DNA of 64,000 bases, from the NCBI RefSeq assembly GCF_001194135.2, contig NC_068996.1, positions 25,711,642 through 25,775,641 of the forward strand, read 5' to 3'. The notes beneath the pieces are model-generated. The model saw only the letters and a program-made list of their open reading frames with translations, was not told the origin of the DNA and searched no databases. A program made the translations under genes and the position numbers. The number at the start of each line of letters is the position of its first letter. The first letter of the stretch is position 1. Positions 1-13,862 of this stretch are shown here, one piece after another. This DNA is from Octopus bimaculoides. Its lineage: Eukaryota.

Positions 1-2368
1 ATTGGACACTAACCCATTTGATACCAACGTGCCTGAGATCACTCCTGGTTCTATGATATAAGCTTCCTGTTTAATCATTTTACTGCAGAAATCAGATATG
101 CCAATCTATCATTTGTTGAGGATTGTCATGTTTGAAACTGTTTTTTGTTGAGATATAACAAGTTCATTGAATTAATGTGACTTGCAGGAAAAAAATCAAT
201 TCTATTTTTTGGTAGATAAACATCATTACTGTAATAATCTGAAATTTAATTTCTCAGTTAAAGACTTAAAATGGTTTAAATTAAAACTTTCCTTCAAAAT
301 TTCCATGTTAATTTATGTTCCAAACACTAGTTTGTCATTTTACAAATTTCTTCAGTATTTTGAAAATTGAAACCAGAGCAGTGTATTTTAACAGGGATAA
401 GGCAACAAAAGGGTCAATATACAATGTTATGTTTTATTTATCTATCTATTATTTTAAAAACCTACTGATCTGTTAGAACATAGTGTAAATAAAAATAAAT
501 AACTAAAACTATATCTGCAAATAAACCTTAATTTATCAAACATAGCTGATGGTAGAGAGAACATTAAAATATTCATTTCAGTGTTAATATTTCTAATTTA
601 TTATTGCGAAATAGTAACCAAGAACTTGCTTCTAATATTGTTGCTAGCTGCATGTTTTGTGTCACCTATGAAAATATTGATTTTTATACCTAGTAGTTGT
701 AAAATTTTTGATTTATGGACAAAGTCAGTTAACACCAAAGGTTTTTAATCTCTGCACCAGTGTCATAACTTTTCTTTTATCATAATCTATATCCTTGTTA
801 AGGACAACTTTCAGAACTAGTGGAGTATCAGACAAAATTCCCTGCAGGTTTTGGTTACATCTTCATATGTATTGAGTTGAAATTCTGCTCATTTACATTC
901 TCTGGGATGCATAGAATACGAGTCATTTGTCGTTTTATTTTTGTTTTTTGTTTTTTAGTCCGGAGGAAAAGCATTGTCCCTGGTCTGTTATAGGGCCATC
1001 GTGATCTGTTGTTAGGAGGGAGGAATGCACCCTTAAACCAAAGGTGTGGCTGAATTCTTGCAACAGGGTGGACTCTGCTTAAGTACCTAAGGTGGTAATG
1101 TTAAACTGGGCAATGGATTAAGTTTATTACTATCTTTGATAGGTTTTGAACTCAAAACACAAACATCTGGTCCACTAATCCACTGCTCTGGATAGTTTAT
1201 TATTATTATTATTATATTGACCACTCATCATCATCATCATCATCCAGTGTTTGAAAGCTGGGTTTTGTGCCTTTTAACAGATGTGGCTAGATCTACCTCA
1301 ATGTCATAGCAACTGCCCTCACACCATCTCGCCATCTTGCCCGGTTTTGTGTGTCCTTTCTTCTCAAGCCAACTCTCCAATATAGAGGGTTTTCACCCTC
1401 CTTTTTGAGGTAGGCAGGTGCAACCCACCTCAACCTTTGGGCTGGCTGGTGCCCATTCTCCTTGGCTATCATGAGGCTTTTTTGGAGCTGGATTTTCTAC
1501 GGGGAGCATGCCCTTGCTTACCCCCAACCTCAGTTTCTAGACATGAGTGGTCCCGAGACCAAGGCCTCTACCACGATTTTTTAAGAAATGTGGTAGAAAA
1601 CTAGCTCAGGAAGGCAGGGACACTACTCCCTGAGACCCCTTTCAGGGGCCCTCTGCCACTGAAAGTTTAAAAAAGTTGAAAGGATTGAATTCGGAATGTA
1701 GAGAATTGTAATAAATAATTGTAATAAATAATGTCTGGCACTCTAACAACTCTGCCAATTCATTACCTTAATAGAATCTTTCTCCTGTGATCCAGGGTTA
1801 ATGTCAGAAATTGTCAACCAAATATCAATATGCTGTATTATTACTTAGACCTTTATGGCAAATAGGATTTAATTTTTCAAATTTCTTTATTTTTTTAAAT
1901 TCATGTTTTCCACAGTTACTCTGTGAAATATTATACAAACTTCAGTATTAAATCGAATNNNNNNNNNNNNNNNNNNNNNNNNNNNNNNNNNNNNNNNNNN
2001 NNNNNNNNNNNNNNNNNNNNNNNNNNNNNNNNNNNNNNNNNNNNNNNNNNNNNNNNNNNNNNNNNNNNNNNNNNNNNNNNNNNNNNNNNNNNNNNNNNNN
2101 NNNNNNNNNNNNNNNNNNNNNNNNNNNNNNNNNNNNNNNNNNNNNNNNNNNNNNNNNNNNNNNNNNNNNNNNNNNNNNNNNNNNNNNNNNNNNNNNNNNN
2201 NNNNNNNNNNNNNNNNNNNNNNNNNNNNNNNNNNNNNNNNNNNNNNNNNNNNNNNNNNNNNNNNNNNNNNNNNNNNNNNNNNNNNNNNNNNNNNNNNNNN
2301 NNNNNNNNNNNNNNNNNTGTGTGTGTGTGTATATATAAAAATATATTTAAAAATTTTTGTTATTTCAG

Positions 2369-2479
2369 TTTGCTGGAAATTTATTTAGAACATTACCACC
2401 TTCCTCAAATCCTAGTGGAGCTGAATTTGATCCTGAGGAAGATGAACCAACTCTAGAAGCTGCTTGGCCACATTTACAG
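2369..2479 (+). CDS. PPP2R5C/D: PP2A regulatory subunit B56 (gamma/delta type), first visible coding exon (5' part of gene not found in window)
   Basis: ttatttcAG acceptor; translates [37 protein letters not shown], the B56 signature [19 protein letters not shown]; donor GTtctt (weak); 111 nt, phase 0/0. Confidence 0.96.
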
Positions 2480-4028
2480 GTTCTTATACTTTTAATTATA
2501 GTGGAAATTTAAACTTAGATTAAAAAACAGGTTCAGTTAATTAGATTGCTATTTTGGCAACTAATTCTAATGTATTTTAATTATATTACTAATTCTCTAC
2601 ATTGGATTTCAATGATAAATCACATTGCACCTTCAGAAATGGTTAAACTCTATTGCTCAGCTTGTGCTGTCATTTGCACAATACATCATTATTATCACCA
2701 TCATTTAATGTCTGTTTTCCATGCCAACATGGGTCGGACAGTTTGACAGGATCCAGTGTATCACAAGGCTGCATCATGCTCAATGTCTTCTTTGGTATTG
2801 TTTTTAAAGCTGCATGCCCTTCCTAATCTCAACCATTTTACAAAGTGTATTGGGTGCCTTTTTCATGTCACCAAAAGTGCAATAAGCTGGTGTACAGGAA
2901 GTAACCATGTATTCAGTAAATCAAAATGATGCAATCATTTTTAAGAACTCACCTCTATGAGGACAAGGTTGTAAAAGTTATTGGATATATCTTTCACAAA
3001 GATGCTAACAAGTTGTGACAATAACCAGAACCATTTGCCAGGTGCTCATTTTATTCCTCATGACTGTTTATTTCTTTAGCACCTGTTTTTCCATGATTTT
3101 GTGTGCATAGGTGGGAAAGCGCTTATTCGAGGCAGCATTTTATGGCTGGATGTTCTTCCTGTCACCTACCTTTTACCCACTTTCTATGTAAGGGATTTTT
3201 ATCCTATTGGTCTTTAATGGCCAGGCTTTGTGCTGACAAGGAATGTAAGCATCCTCCCACTGTTTTGTTCAAACATTGACAAATACTGGAATGTTAAAGC
3301 AACATGCACCTTCACACATATGTATATAGCATCACTTCCATTCAGTTTGTCTACCAATTCCATTCATAAAGCACTGGCTGACTTTAAGGCTACAGTAGAA
3401 GACACATACCCAAGTTGTCACACAGTGAGATAAAATTTGAAACCTTATGGTACTCCTATAAGCTGTACCTGTACTCTTTTATATAAAATTTAAGTTTAAT
3501 GTTCAATTAAGTTTTGGAATATTTAGTATTAATTCCTTTCTTTTCCATGCTTTCTTGATGGTTTCAGTTTCAATTATAGTCAATATTGTTCTACTAAAAC
3601 TATTTGTAAGATTTGAATATATTGAAATCTGATGTAATTGGTTTCATGGTCATTTATTAGCTTAGTTAAGCACATTGGAAACAAAGTAACAATAATTAAT
3701 CCCTGTTGAAATGGTGTATAACTGAGGTCAAAATATGGACTATTTTGTCATAATTTGTTGGATTCAGAATTAAAATGTTTTTGATAAAATTTCATTAGTA
3801 ATCTAAGTATTTGAAAGTTGATCTTAGCAGGATTTGAACTCAGTGCAGATAGTCAGACCAAATACCATGAGACATTCTACCTGATAGTTTAAAGGTTCTG
3901 CCAATTTGCTAAGTACGTTTAGCTTTGTGCCTGGTGATAGTTTTTAAACATGCTTGATTGTGTATCCATCCATAACAAATAGAAGCTGAAATTTGAATTT
4001 TTTTCCAAATTATTTTCTTCTTTTTCAG

Positions 4029-4121
4029 CTTGTATATGAATTTTTTCTACGGTTCTTAGAATCTCCAGATTTTGTACCTAACATAGCAAAACGGTATATA
4101 GATCAAAAATTTGTATTACAG
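4029..4121 (+). CDS. PPP2R5C/D: PP2A B56 exon
   Basis: tttttcAG / GTaatt; [31 protein letters not shown]; 93 nt. Confidence 0.97.
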
Positions 4122-4651
4122 GTAATTTGCATATTTTCTTTTATATTCAAAGTGTAAAAAACGTGGACCAGGTCACATTTAAGATGCATTACTAATACAC
4201 TTACATGATATTTTTAATCTATTTCACATTTTATATATATGCTATTTACAATCCATATGTTCTGTTTACTAAACAAATATATATATAGCATTAAAAAAGA
4301 AATACCAAAATTACACTTATGTTTTGTTGTAATATTCATCATATCCAGTTTCTGTAATGAGAATACACTGAGACAATTGTAGATAGAAATAACTTGATAT
4401 ATTTATCTTACTAAACTTTGTCTATATTGTTTTCCTATAAAATGTATTGCAAAATTTAATTTGGTCAGTTAAATGTCTACTTTTTGAGTCTACAGTTTAT
4501 TGATCTTAAATATATTTTTTTGGCATAAATAGAAGCAAATGTAAGAAATATTAAGAAAAGTATTAAATTTAAATAATTGGTTAATTCTTTTGCATATGGA
4601 CTAAATTTGATTTAGAAAGTGATATATAGATGATTTTTATTTTTATTATAG

Positions 4652-4783
<132 letters not shown>

Positions 4784-5149
4784 TAAGATTTTGTTTTTAT
4801 TGAATTTATTCTAAAGAAATCAACATTTCAGTTGACATTTATACATTGATCTTTTTGTTGCTATTTTTCATATTTTTTCATCTTTAGTTAAATTGTTAAT
4901 TGACTGAAATCCAAAATAATTGTTTTCATACCTGTTAATTTTTTTTATAACATAACATTAATGTTCATTTTGTAAATGTTAAAATTTGAATAACAAATAA
5001 GATTTACCTAAATAAGGAAATAGGCCTCTACAACTATTTGAGAAAGGACTGTACTCTGCATGCAAAGAAGGTATAAATAGAAATTCTAAATGATGTATTC
5101 AGTGTAAACTATGGATGCACAAGGGGCAGGTTGACATAAGGCAGGCTTT

Positions 5150-5530
5150 GTGCATTTCCTATGGATAGGAGTAGTTAACAGTGAAAATGCATGTGATACA
5201 TTCCTTCAAATGCACAGAAGACTTCCTAGAAATAGTTGATAGCTATTATTACTTGTTTGACTTAATAAGCAGTGGTGGATGCATGTGTTTCAAAAGCACA
5301 GTGGTGAGAGTGAGAATGGGTTGGAAAAAGTTAAGGGAACTACTGTGTTACGCTATGTTGTAGCATGAGATGGGTGGAGAGTATGCTCTTCTGGATGCAT
5401 AATGTTAGTGCGTATGAATGATGGAGCATAAACGAGCTGAGAAAAGTTAGAGCAGTCAATTATTGTATGTAAGAGGGAAGATTATGCTGAGACAAGTTGT
5501 ACTGGATTATATGTTGCAGGTAACACTTAG
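5150..5530 (+). mobile_element. RTE-clade LINE relic (RT C-terminal region)
   Basis: ORF 5181-5363 contains LEIVDSYYYLFDLISSGG...RVRMGWKKLRELL, a decayed form of the RTE motif also seen at 37890-38090. Confidence 0.7.
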
Positions 5531-5729
5531 AGCAACTGTGAAAGCTTATATAAATCTCTGAGTTTTTTGTTTTTTTTTCCAGTAGAAATCTTATACTTCA
5601 TAAGGTTATAATTTGTTTATTATGGCATTGAAATGTCTTTTTATATCAAGTAGCATTCAATATGTGTAGATTATAACTTATAAATTTTCAATTAGTGACT
5701 AACTATCAGGAGAAAATTGTAAAATCAGT

Positions 5730-6125
5730 TACATGATTGTGTGGTTAAGAAGTTTGCTTGTCAACCACATGGTTTTGAGTTCAGTTTCTCTGTGAAGCAC
5801 CTTGAACTAATGTTCTCTACTATGGCTCCAGGCTAAGTCTTGTGAGTGGATTTGGTAGACAGAAACTGAAAGGAGTATTCATATGTGTGTATGACTGCCT
5901 CCTTGTCTTAATATTGCACAAATAGTTAAAACAAGTATCACCATCATACAACCAGTGTTCTTTTGTTTCTATTCTTCTATGGAAACATATCTGAGAAATA
6001 TTACCTAACTTAAAAAATAGGTGAGGATTGGTAACAGGGAAGGCATCTATAGGAAATCTGTTTCAATGAATTCGGTCTGAACCATGCAAGCAAGGAAAAA
6101 GTGGACATTAAATGATGATAATGTG
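5730..6125 (+). mobile_element. CORE-type tRNA SINE with RTE-like (GAT)n tail, decayed
   Basis: head tgtgtggttaagaagtttgct...gagttcagtt, core gcaccttg..., gtgagtggatttggtagac, ends gtggacattaaatgatgataatg. Confidence 0.6.
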
Positions 6126-7739
6126 AAATGCAAGTGGCAAAATGGTGATAAGCCTATTTAAAAAAAGGACAAATTAAGTTTGCATTGTAGCATAGTGTCT
6201 GAAAAGTATATCTGTGGTGTCCAAAAGTCGTTCTGTGAAGCAGCTAATCCTTTTTGTATTTACATTTTTAACTTTACTTGAAACATTTATAGATTGCACA
6301 AATTGTAGAATTTCATAAAATGCTTACAATAATAGAATAGCAAACATTTTGTGTTGACAACATAAAATTAACAGCAATTAAGAAATAACAATGATCAATA
6401 ATTGGTAGTTGCTTATCTAAATGTTTTGAACTTGGAACAAACTCTAAACATAAATCCATTTAGAAAACAGAACAGAGGTGTACATGTTTGACAGAAAATG
6501 GAACTCAGTAATTTGTGATATCATATATAGCATGTTACTGTAAATTGAAATTTGGTTGGTAGGATTGATAAATTATTAGTAATACAGTGAAATTGGCTGA
6601 TGAGCTTGATTCGCTACAGTTTACCTCTTGCTTGCCGGCTGAGTCTGGAAGAAGATGCATTGTTTTCCAAGACCAGCAAGCTTCATGCCATTAATATGCC
6701 ATTGAAACAGACTGTTGCAGGTCACCATCTGCAGGAAATCCTAAAGGAGAAATTCCTGAGGCTCTATGTTCAAGGGAGGAAGTATTTACTGGGTATAGTG
6801 GTTAGTGTAGGATGAGGAGTGTAGTGGGGGTTGGACTCAACAGGGGAGGTGAGTGGGTCTTTAAAAACATCTTAGATTAGTTATTTGAGTTTTAATTTTA
6901 ACTAATTTGATATTTCTTTGATTCAGTAGTGAAATTTAGGTATTGAGATCTTACGAAAAGGTGCAATTTTCATCTTGATTTGCTGAATCAATTCTATGGA
7001 AGTATTCTAAAATATATAAAAGCTAACAAAGAAAATGAAACCTTGTTGATCGAGACTGAGATATCTTTCGTAAAATATTGTTATTGTTTGCTACTTTACC
7101 TGTAAGGAACTAGAATTGATTCACTTATGTTAGCTGATACTTGTATTGGCAAATATTAAAATGTAAATTAATAAATTCTCTTCTAAAAGTGTAGTGTTGT
7201 AGAATAGTGAACTTTGAGGAGCATGAATGTATGTTTGTTCATTAAATGAGGTGAGTGATAGTGCAGATCTATTTTGGTGTGCATCATCAGCATGGTAAAT
7301 ATATCCAGAGTGACACATGGATAAAAAGAGGCATTCTGAAAAAAAACAACAAGCAACAGCAATGTACTTCTTTGAAGAGAAGGAAGGAAAATTACATTTT
7401 GGATTGTTGTCAAGAAGAAAAAATGTCTTCAAGAGATGGGTGGAAAAAATGATGTGATGTTGATTAAGATTGTTAGCAGTGTTATTGTGAATGTGACCAA
7501 TGATTTGTGATGGGCAGGAAATAAACATTAGGAGGTTTTCAACAAGAGTGAATGAAGTGAGATGGGGGTGGATGGGATAATGATTGAAGGGTATGCAAGA
7601 AATTGTCTGTTGTATATGAAATGATTGTGTGTGTAAGTTTGAGAAATTCTGAGTTTGTATGTTTTTTTGTGTGTACATATGTTTGGAGGAGTTAAGGGTT
7701 GCTTAAGTGGCTATGAGCTCCAAAATGGGATTCAACTAC

Positions 7740-8700
7740 TCCAACCTGTCCTTTGGTTACCTTCAGGGCCAAATCTTTACTAATTTCACCAGCCCTACCA
7801 GAGCTGTATGGTTGTCACATCAAAACCATATCAGCACCATCTTCTTTCCCCTGCAAGTAGTTATTTAACTCCTACCAACCTGCATTATATTTCACCTTTT
7901 TCTCTAACAGCTCTATCAACTTCCTTTGCATTTCCATCTGTTGACCTGTTCCCCCCTATCCTCAATGCTTCAACAATCTCTTCACATGTATCTTTAACAA
8001 TTCTACCAACTTCCTCCTCATTTCACTCCACTTTGACCAAATCAGCTATCCTCCTACTCAAACTCCCTCCCTTGTCCCTATAACTGGCATTGACTTTGAG
8101 GGTCAAGTCCCACTAAATATTTTAAATCCTATAATATAGAAGTTGAATCAGTCAAACCAGCCATTGACTCTGCTTATATTCATTTCCTCTCTGTTGACTG
8201 CATCTCCTCCTATCTGTTACATCACCTACCCCTGTCCTTTTTCTCTTACTTTCCATCTCACCACTTCATCACTCCAGCATATAATTCTGCTACATGTTTC
8301 TTGAGTACTCTCCTCCTCTTTTTAAGCCTTCTAGTCCACAGTTCTTTTGTCCCTCTCCACATTCAACCTCTTCCTTTTCTTACTCCTGCTATAAACGTCC
8401 CTTTCATCCCTATTTCTAAGTTATATGTTATCTGCACTTCTCAAAATGTCATTTACTGTATAAAATGCCAACCATGGCTTATTGTATACATGCAAATCCA
8501 ATCATAGATCAGCTGATTGCTTTTAGTGGGTATTTAGACATCCAATGAAATAGCATTGAACCACAAATGCCTATTGTTCATCACTTCAATTCTTCAGGCC
8601 ATTTTCATCTACATTTTACTGTCTTCTGTTTTATACTTTTGGGAGCAACAATTTATCTTCTGTTTGAAGAATGTTGCTCTTAAACCTAAACACCTTTCAC
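7740..8700 (+). mobile_element. Penelope-like element relic, heavily decayed
   Basis: NVIYCIKC motif at about 8445-8470 (GIY-YIG start); 8660-8700 resembles the terminus of the better copy at 12830-12880. Confidence 0.45.
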
Positions 8701-8740
8701 ACATACACTAATAAATGCCCACATATGTAGTACACATGTG

Positions 8741-8777
<37 letters not shown>

Positions 8778-10195
8778 TGTTGGTAAGAAGAGCTGCTGGG
8801 CTAAAGTGTAGTATAACAGTTGAAGAAAGTGACTAAGAGAGACTAAATAAGAGAGAAAAGATGGTGTAGTTAGTGTGATGGAAGATGGTGCTACCTAGGG
8901 TAATAATGAGCTGGTCAGGATACTTTGATGGAAGTTTGGTGGAGCAGTTGTGGGTGGAAACAGAGGCAACTAGGGGTGTTGGACTTACGAATCTGTGAGG
9001 AAGTATGTGGAATGGACTGGTGGTTGTGGGAGGAAAAGGAGGAGAAGTCATGAATTGATGAGCACAAATCGGTTGTGGATGGAGTGAATGTATGATCTGA
9101 GAACAATTTAAGTAGGAAGGCAGGTGAGTTTTAAGGAGTTACCAAAGTGCTTGGCCTTGTAGAGGTCAGACTGCTGCCATCCTTATTGGTGATTTGACAG
9201 TGGTGTCATGTTGTTGTTGGAAGTAGAAACAAGAAAATGCTAAATGCTTCCAGATCATAATATCAACAGCATAGCATCACAAACTGGTGAACTGTCCTAA
9301 GTTGAGTGTCCATTGTTGGGTTCAGTTTGTCTGATATGAGAACTTTGTATGAAACAAGAACCATTCAGAGTCACTCTGGATCTGAAATTCATTTGCAGAT
9401 GGAATGAGGGGTATGGAGATCCCTACCAAAGATTAAATGTCCAACTGTGGAGAATGGTAGATGAAATATAGTCACAACCATGTGACTTGCAATGAATGTA
9501 AGGGTAGTAGGGGTTAGTTTGGTGAGCTGGTGTAACATTAGTTTTGGAGTGTGGTAGAAGTTAAAATTTGATTGAGTGGAATGGGCAGTAGGTTGGATGG
9601 AAGTACAAAATGAGTCAGGATTGATACATTTTGAAGCCCAATGAGTGGCTGGGAATAAGTCAAGCTGATTATGGTACAGCACTCATGAAGACAGTAGTAG
9701 TTAGTGAGAATGAGTTTTGTGGAGTTGGCAGAGTAAGTAGTAGCATTAAAACAGAGATGGAAACTCTGAAGAATAAAATTGTTAATGATCAAGGAAAATG
9801 ATATGGTTGGAAAACTACATTTTGTAAAAGAGCAAGGAATAATTCCATTTTGATAATCTGGGTTTGGTGTACATAAGTACAATAAAAGGTGATAAATATT
9901 TATAGTTAACAATACACTTTGTGTGTACATATGTGTGTGTGTGTGTGTGTGTGTGAGTACACACACAGTGTATTGTAAGCTATGAAACTGTGGAGATATA
10001 CAGAACTAAGTAACAGGTGCTAATTGCATGATGCAAACTGCTAACTGATATGGTTAGAACAACTTTCTGAAATGTGAACATATCTGAATTAAAATTGGTT
10101 GGAACCATAGAGGGAAATAACCATCAGGTAAAGCGTACAGTATATCATTGTTGCATGTTTAAGGGCATGTTTATAATCTAATGTTTATGTTTTAG

Positions 10196-10255
10196 GTTCA
10201 TTTATGAAACAGAACATCATAATGGTATAGCTGAATTATTAGAAATCTTGGGAAG
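10196..10255 (+). CDS. PPP2R5C/D: PP2A B56 exon
   Basis: gttttAG / GTaagt; (R)FIYETEHHNGIAELLEILG(S); HHNGIAE is gamma/delta-type rather than alpha/epsilon HFNGVAE; 60 nt. Confidence 0.97.
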
Positions 10256-11708
10256 GTAAGTTTAATTTTAAAACTATTGATTTTAGATTAAAAAAAAATT
10301 TTTCAAATCAGCTTTACCATTTATTTTAATGTCCAGTTTTCCATTACCAATTTAGATTGGACTGGTTTGCAGAACATCATGTAACCATTTTGGCCCTGCA
10401 TACCGAGAACTGACTTGCCATCTTCTTTGGTCTTTCATTGTCAGTGTATATTTTTGAATAAATGTTTTAATTACTAAGTGATTTGATAATAACAGCGAGC
10501 TTATTGTATACAGTGTTCAGGTGCGCTACAACTCTCAGAAAAGGTTAAAGAAAGAATCAGAAAACAGATATAAATCGAATAAAAAAAAAGGGGGGACAGA
10601 AAGCAGATATAAAGCAAGTAAAAAAAAAGACTGAAAGCTAGAAGTACATGCATAGTATATAGAATAAAACAAAAAGAAAAAAAGTGAACGGTAAAAGAGT
10701 CATAAAGAGGAAAGAGTGCATAGGCATGTCAGAAGTTGGGGTTGCAAAGTTCTTGATAAGTTTTGAAGGAAGCAATATCTTGATAGCTAATAGCTGATGT
10801 AGGTAGTTTACTTTATATTTGACAATTGTTAGTCTCAAGAAATGTTTCTGAAAATTAGAGATGCTGTGCTGTTTTTTCATTTTGTAAGCATATCCATGAG
10901 TGGTAGAAACATTGAATTCAGAAAGGTGACCAAAGTCATTGAAAAGACTGCTCGTGAGCTTCTACAAAGTCACTGTTTGACATCATAACTATAGTGTGTC
11001 ACTGCCCGGAGAAGCAATATGTTCCAAGATATGGTAACTGACAGAGGTTGCACATCTATGGACAGCTGCTAGAAAATTGATATTCTGGACAAGATAAGGT
11101 TTCAGACTGGAGATGCATACTGTAAGTGTGGATGTACAACAACCATAGATAGCTGGTGAGTGACTGACAAAAGTCTTGCTGTGTGATAAGATATCTTTTT
11201 GATGATTTTAGAAATGTGATTTGTCCACTGCAGATCATTAACAATAATGCTCAAATCATGCTCATTAGCAGACTTTTAGGAGAAAATCTTAGTTATCTCC
11301 TATTTTATTAAATATTAAAAATAGTGTTCATTCTTTTAAAGTTTATCTAATTTGAAAATAGGTACCGGTCATGTATATTTAAAAGTATTGTGCCATGACT
11401 TTTAGAAACATATAGGAAATATATTTATTCTTTGTACACATCTAAATGTCCAAGTCAATTTAAAAATAAGGAATTGGTTTTTCTCTTATGAGAGTGGGAT
11501 TATATTGAGTAAATGTTAATTTTGTGGGCTGTAAAGTTTATTTCGAACTTCCAGCTATTGTTTAGAACCCTGTTGAATATCTTATGATCAATATATTAAA
11601 AAAGAATTTTCCTTGGATATGTATTTTGTTTCTTAAATGAAAATATATAGTATTTGTATTTAAACTATTTTTAAAGATGTAAAATGTTTTCTATTTTAAA
11701 TTTTTCAG

Positions 11709-11871
11709 TATTATTAACGGGTTTGCTTTGCCTTTAAAAGAAGAACATAAAGTATTCTTACTCAAAGTATTATTACCTCTTCATAAAGTTAAGTCTTTGA
11801 GTGTATATCACCCCCAGCTAGCATATTGTGTGGTCCAATTTCTTGAAAAGGATCCTAGTTTAACAGAACCG
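11709..11871 (+). CDS. PPP2R5C/D: PP2A B56 exon
   Basis: tttttcAG / GTgagt; (S)[54 protein letters not shown]; 163 nt. Confidence 0.97.
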
Positions 11872-11963
11872 GTGAGTGCTTTCATTTTAACTTTTTTATA
11901 ATAAGTGTTGGAAATTATATAATATCTATCTAATGTTAACTTTTGTTTTATTTTAAATTTCAG

Positions 11964-12014
11964 GTGATAATGACATTATTGAAATTTTGGCCAAAAGTCC
12001 ACAGTCCTAAAGAA
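11964..12014 (+). CDS. PPP2R5C/D: PP2A B56 exon
   Basis: tttcAG / GTaagt; VIMTLLKFWPKVHSPKE; 51 nt after a 92-nt intron. Confidence 0.96.
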
Positions 12015-12799
12015 GTAAGTCATGTTTTTGTTTTCTTTGTCTTTCTTTTGTTGATTTTGGCAGAAGGTACAGAGCTCATGTCTTATGAGCTTTTCAAGAC
12101 TGGTAAAATTGATGCTGTTAAAGTTCCATTTACTGTTGCAGGGAGGAGAATCCAGAAAGGTGATGTTCTGAGGGAAAAGGATAGTACATAGTGATTAGTA
12201 TGGATGCACCAAGGGTAATAGGGGGTGGAGAGACGAGTATGTTGGGTGTTCTTGGATGGTAGCAGTTTGAAATCAGGCAGTTCTGAGAAGTAAAGGGCAT
12301 TATAGTGGCTATAGAAAATACAGAGTGCAGAAACACCATGCCTCTGGGCCAGAGGTTGGAACCTGCTGCTACCAAGGGAATGCAAATCAGCTAATTGGGA
12401 TTTCCCTGAATTTTGCCTTGAATATCAGTGTGCGTTCCAGCAGCAGCACTATCCTAGAGGTGGGTGCAGTACTCCATGGAATGTTTAATAGTACATTGGA
12501 GGATTAGTCTGCAACTTTTGAATCTCCCTTTTTGTATATTCTGATCTTAAATATATTTGATTGTAGTGTCGTCAGCATATATACTGAGGGTGAGAAATGT
12601 CTGGAGAATGTTTACTATTGTGAAGTTAGATATTTGCCATTCCTGGTAATTGTTTCTTTTGAGACTTACAAATTTAGTTTTAATGGGTTGTTTTTGTTTG
12701 TTTGTTTAGAAATATACTTGAAAACTTTACTGACATCTTCTGTTACCTATTATAGTGAGAATTTACAAAAAAACAAAAGATGAAGATGGGTGTGTAAAC

Positions 12800-13862
12800 A
12801 ACAAACAGATGTATTAGTTTAATGCTCGGGAAGTGAGAAAGTCTTTTACGTTTTGAGCCTATGCTCTTCGACAGAAAGGAACACTGAAATAAACAGGGAG
12901 AGAAAATAGAAAAAGGAATAGTGGCTGGCGATCTATCATGGCGAATGCCGGACAGAGGAGTCACACAGGAGAGCTAGGAAGAAGGAGAGATAATAAAGTA
13001 AAAGTGGTGATCCCAAAACGAAGGTGCACGTGTGTGTGTATGAGGTGGTGTTGGGTGTGGGGGAAGCAAGAGTGGAGGTCTATGGGATGGGATATATAGG
13101 GACGGTGGGATTGGAATGTGTAGGGGTAGGGTAATGAAGGGAGAAGGTGGGTAAGAGTGAAGAGCGGAAGTAGGTGCCAGAGCAAGAGAGGAGAGGTAGG
13201 TGGGAGGAAGTGGGTGTGAGAGGGAGAGAGGAGGAGGGTTAGATGAAGAGGGGAGGAGAGTTTAGTCCATGTGGCGCAAAGGAGCGAAGAGAGATGATTA
13301 ATCCTTGCTCACGGCAAAGACGGGAGTCTGGATGGCCCCTGTGCAAGGACAATCCGAATGTAGACAGGTGTTGTAAAGAGTGACCGGTAGACCGGAAATG
13401 GTGCGAGACGGGAGTGTTGTTGCCGAGTCGGATGTCTCAGCGTCCCGTTTGATGTATAGAGAATGGCAGAGAGCAGAAGATGCAGTAGATGACGTTGCTA
13501 GAAGTGCAGGTGAAGGAGTCGGTGATATGATAGGGTCGATGATGGGTGCTTGTGAGGAGGGTGGTGTTGGAGAGGTAAGGGGAAGTGTGGAAGCATGGGC
13601 GGGAGCAGGGGAATGAGTCGGGTTGGGAGGTTAGATTAGGGAATAAGCTGTGAACCAAGAGGTCTTGTAGATTGTGGGCTCGTTTGAAGAAGGGGAGGGG
13701 TCAGTTAGGGAAGATGTGCAAAGTGGAGGGGTCGGACTGGAGTCGCCGGAAGGCTCGGAGAATGGTGAGGGGGAGAGAGCAGATGCACGGTCCACGGAAC
13801 GTGCTCTGGCAAGGGCAGTGTGGATAGTGGTGAGGGACCTATTATAATGTGCAGTGGGCATT
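12800..13862 (-). mobile_element. Penelope-like retroelement 3' portion (RT C-terminus, zinc knuckle, GIY-YIG endonuclease), frameshifted
   Basis: minus ORFs: TIHTALARARSVDRASAL; SFPCSRPCFHTSPYL (CxxPxCxxC-like); FTCTSSNVIYCIFCSL...QTGR (GIY-YIG of Penelope-like elements). Confidence 0.8.

Noticed and set aside
2480-2485. Weak donor GTTCTT suggesting a minor-class or unusual intron
   Set aside because: Not the U12 consensus GTATCCTT; it is GT-AG at the position required by the protein alignment.
7130-7678. 182-aa minus-strand ORF, and other short ORFs at 51467, 59509, 49027
   Set aside because: Low-complexity or repeat-derived composition, no recognisable domain, and no consistent splice structure; no second host gene could be supported.
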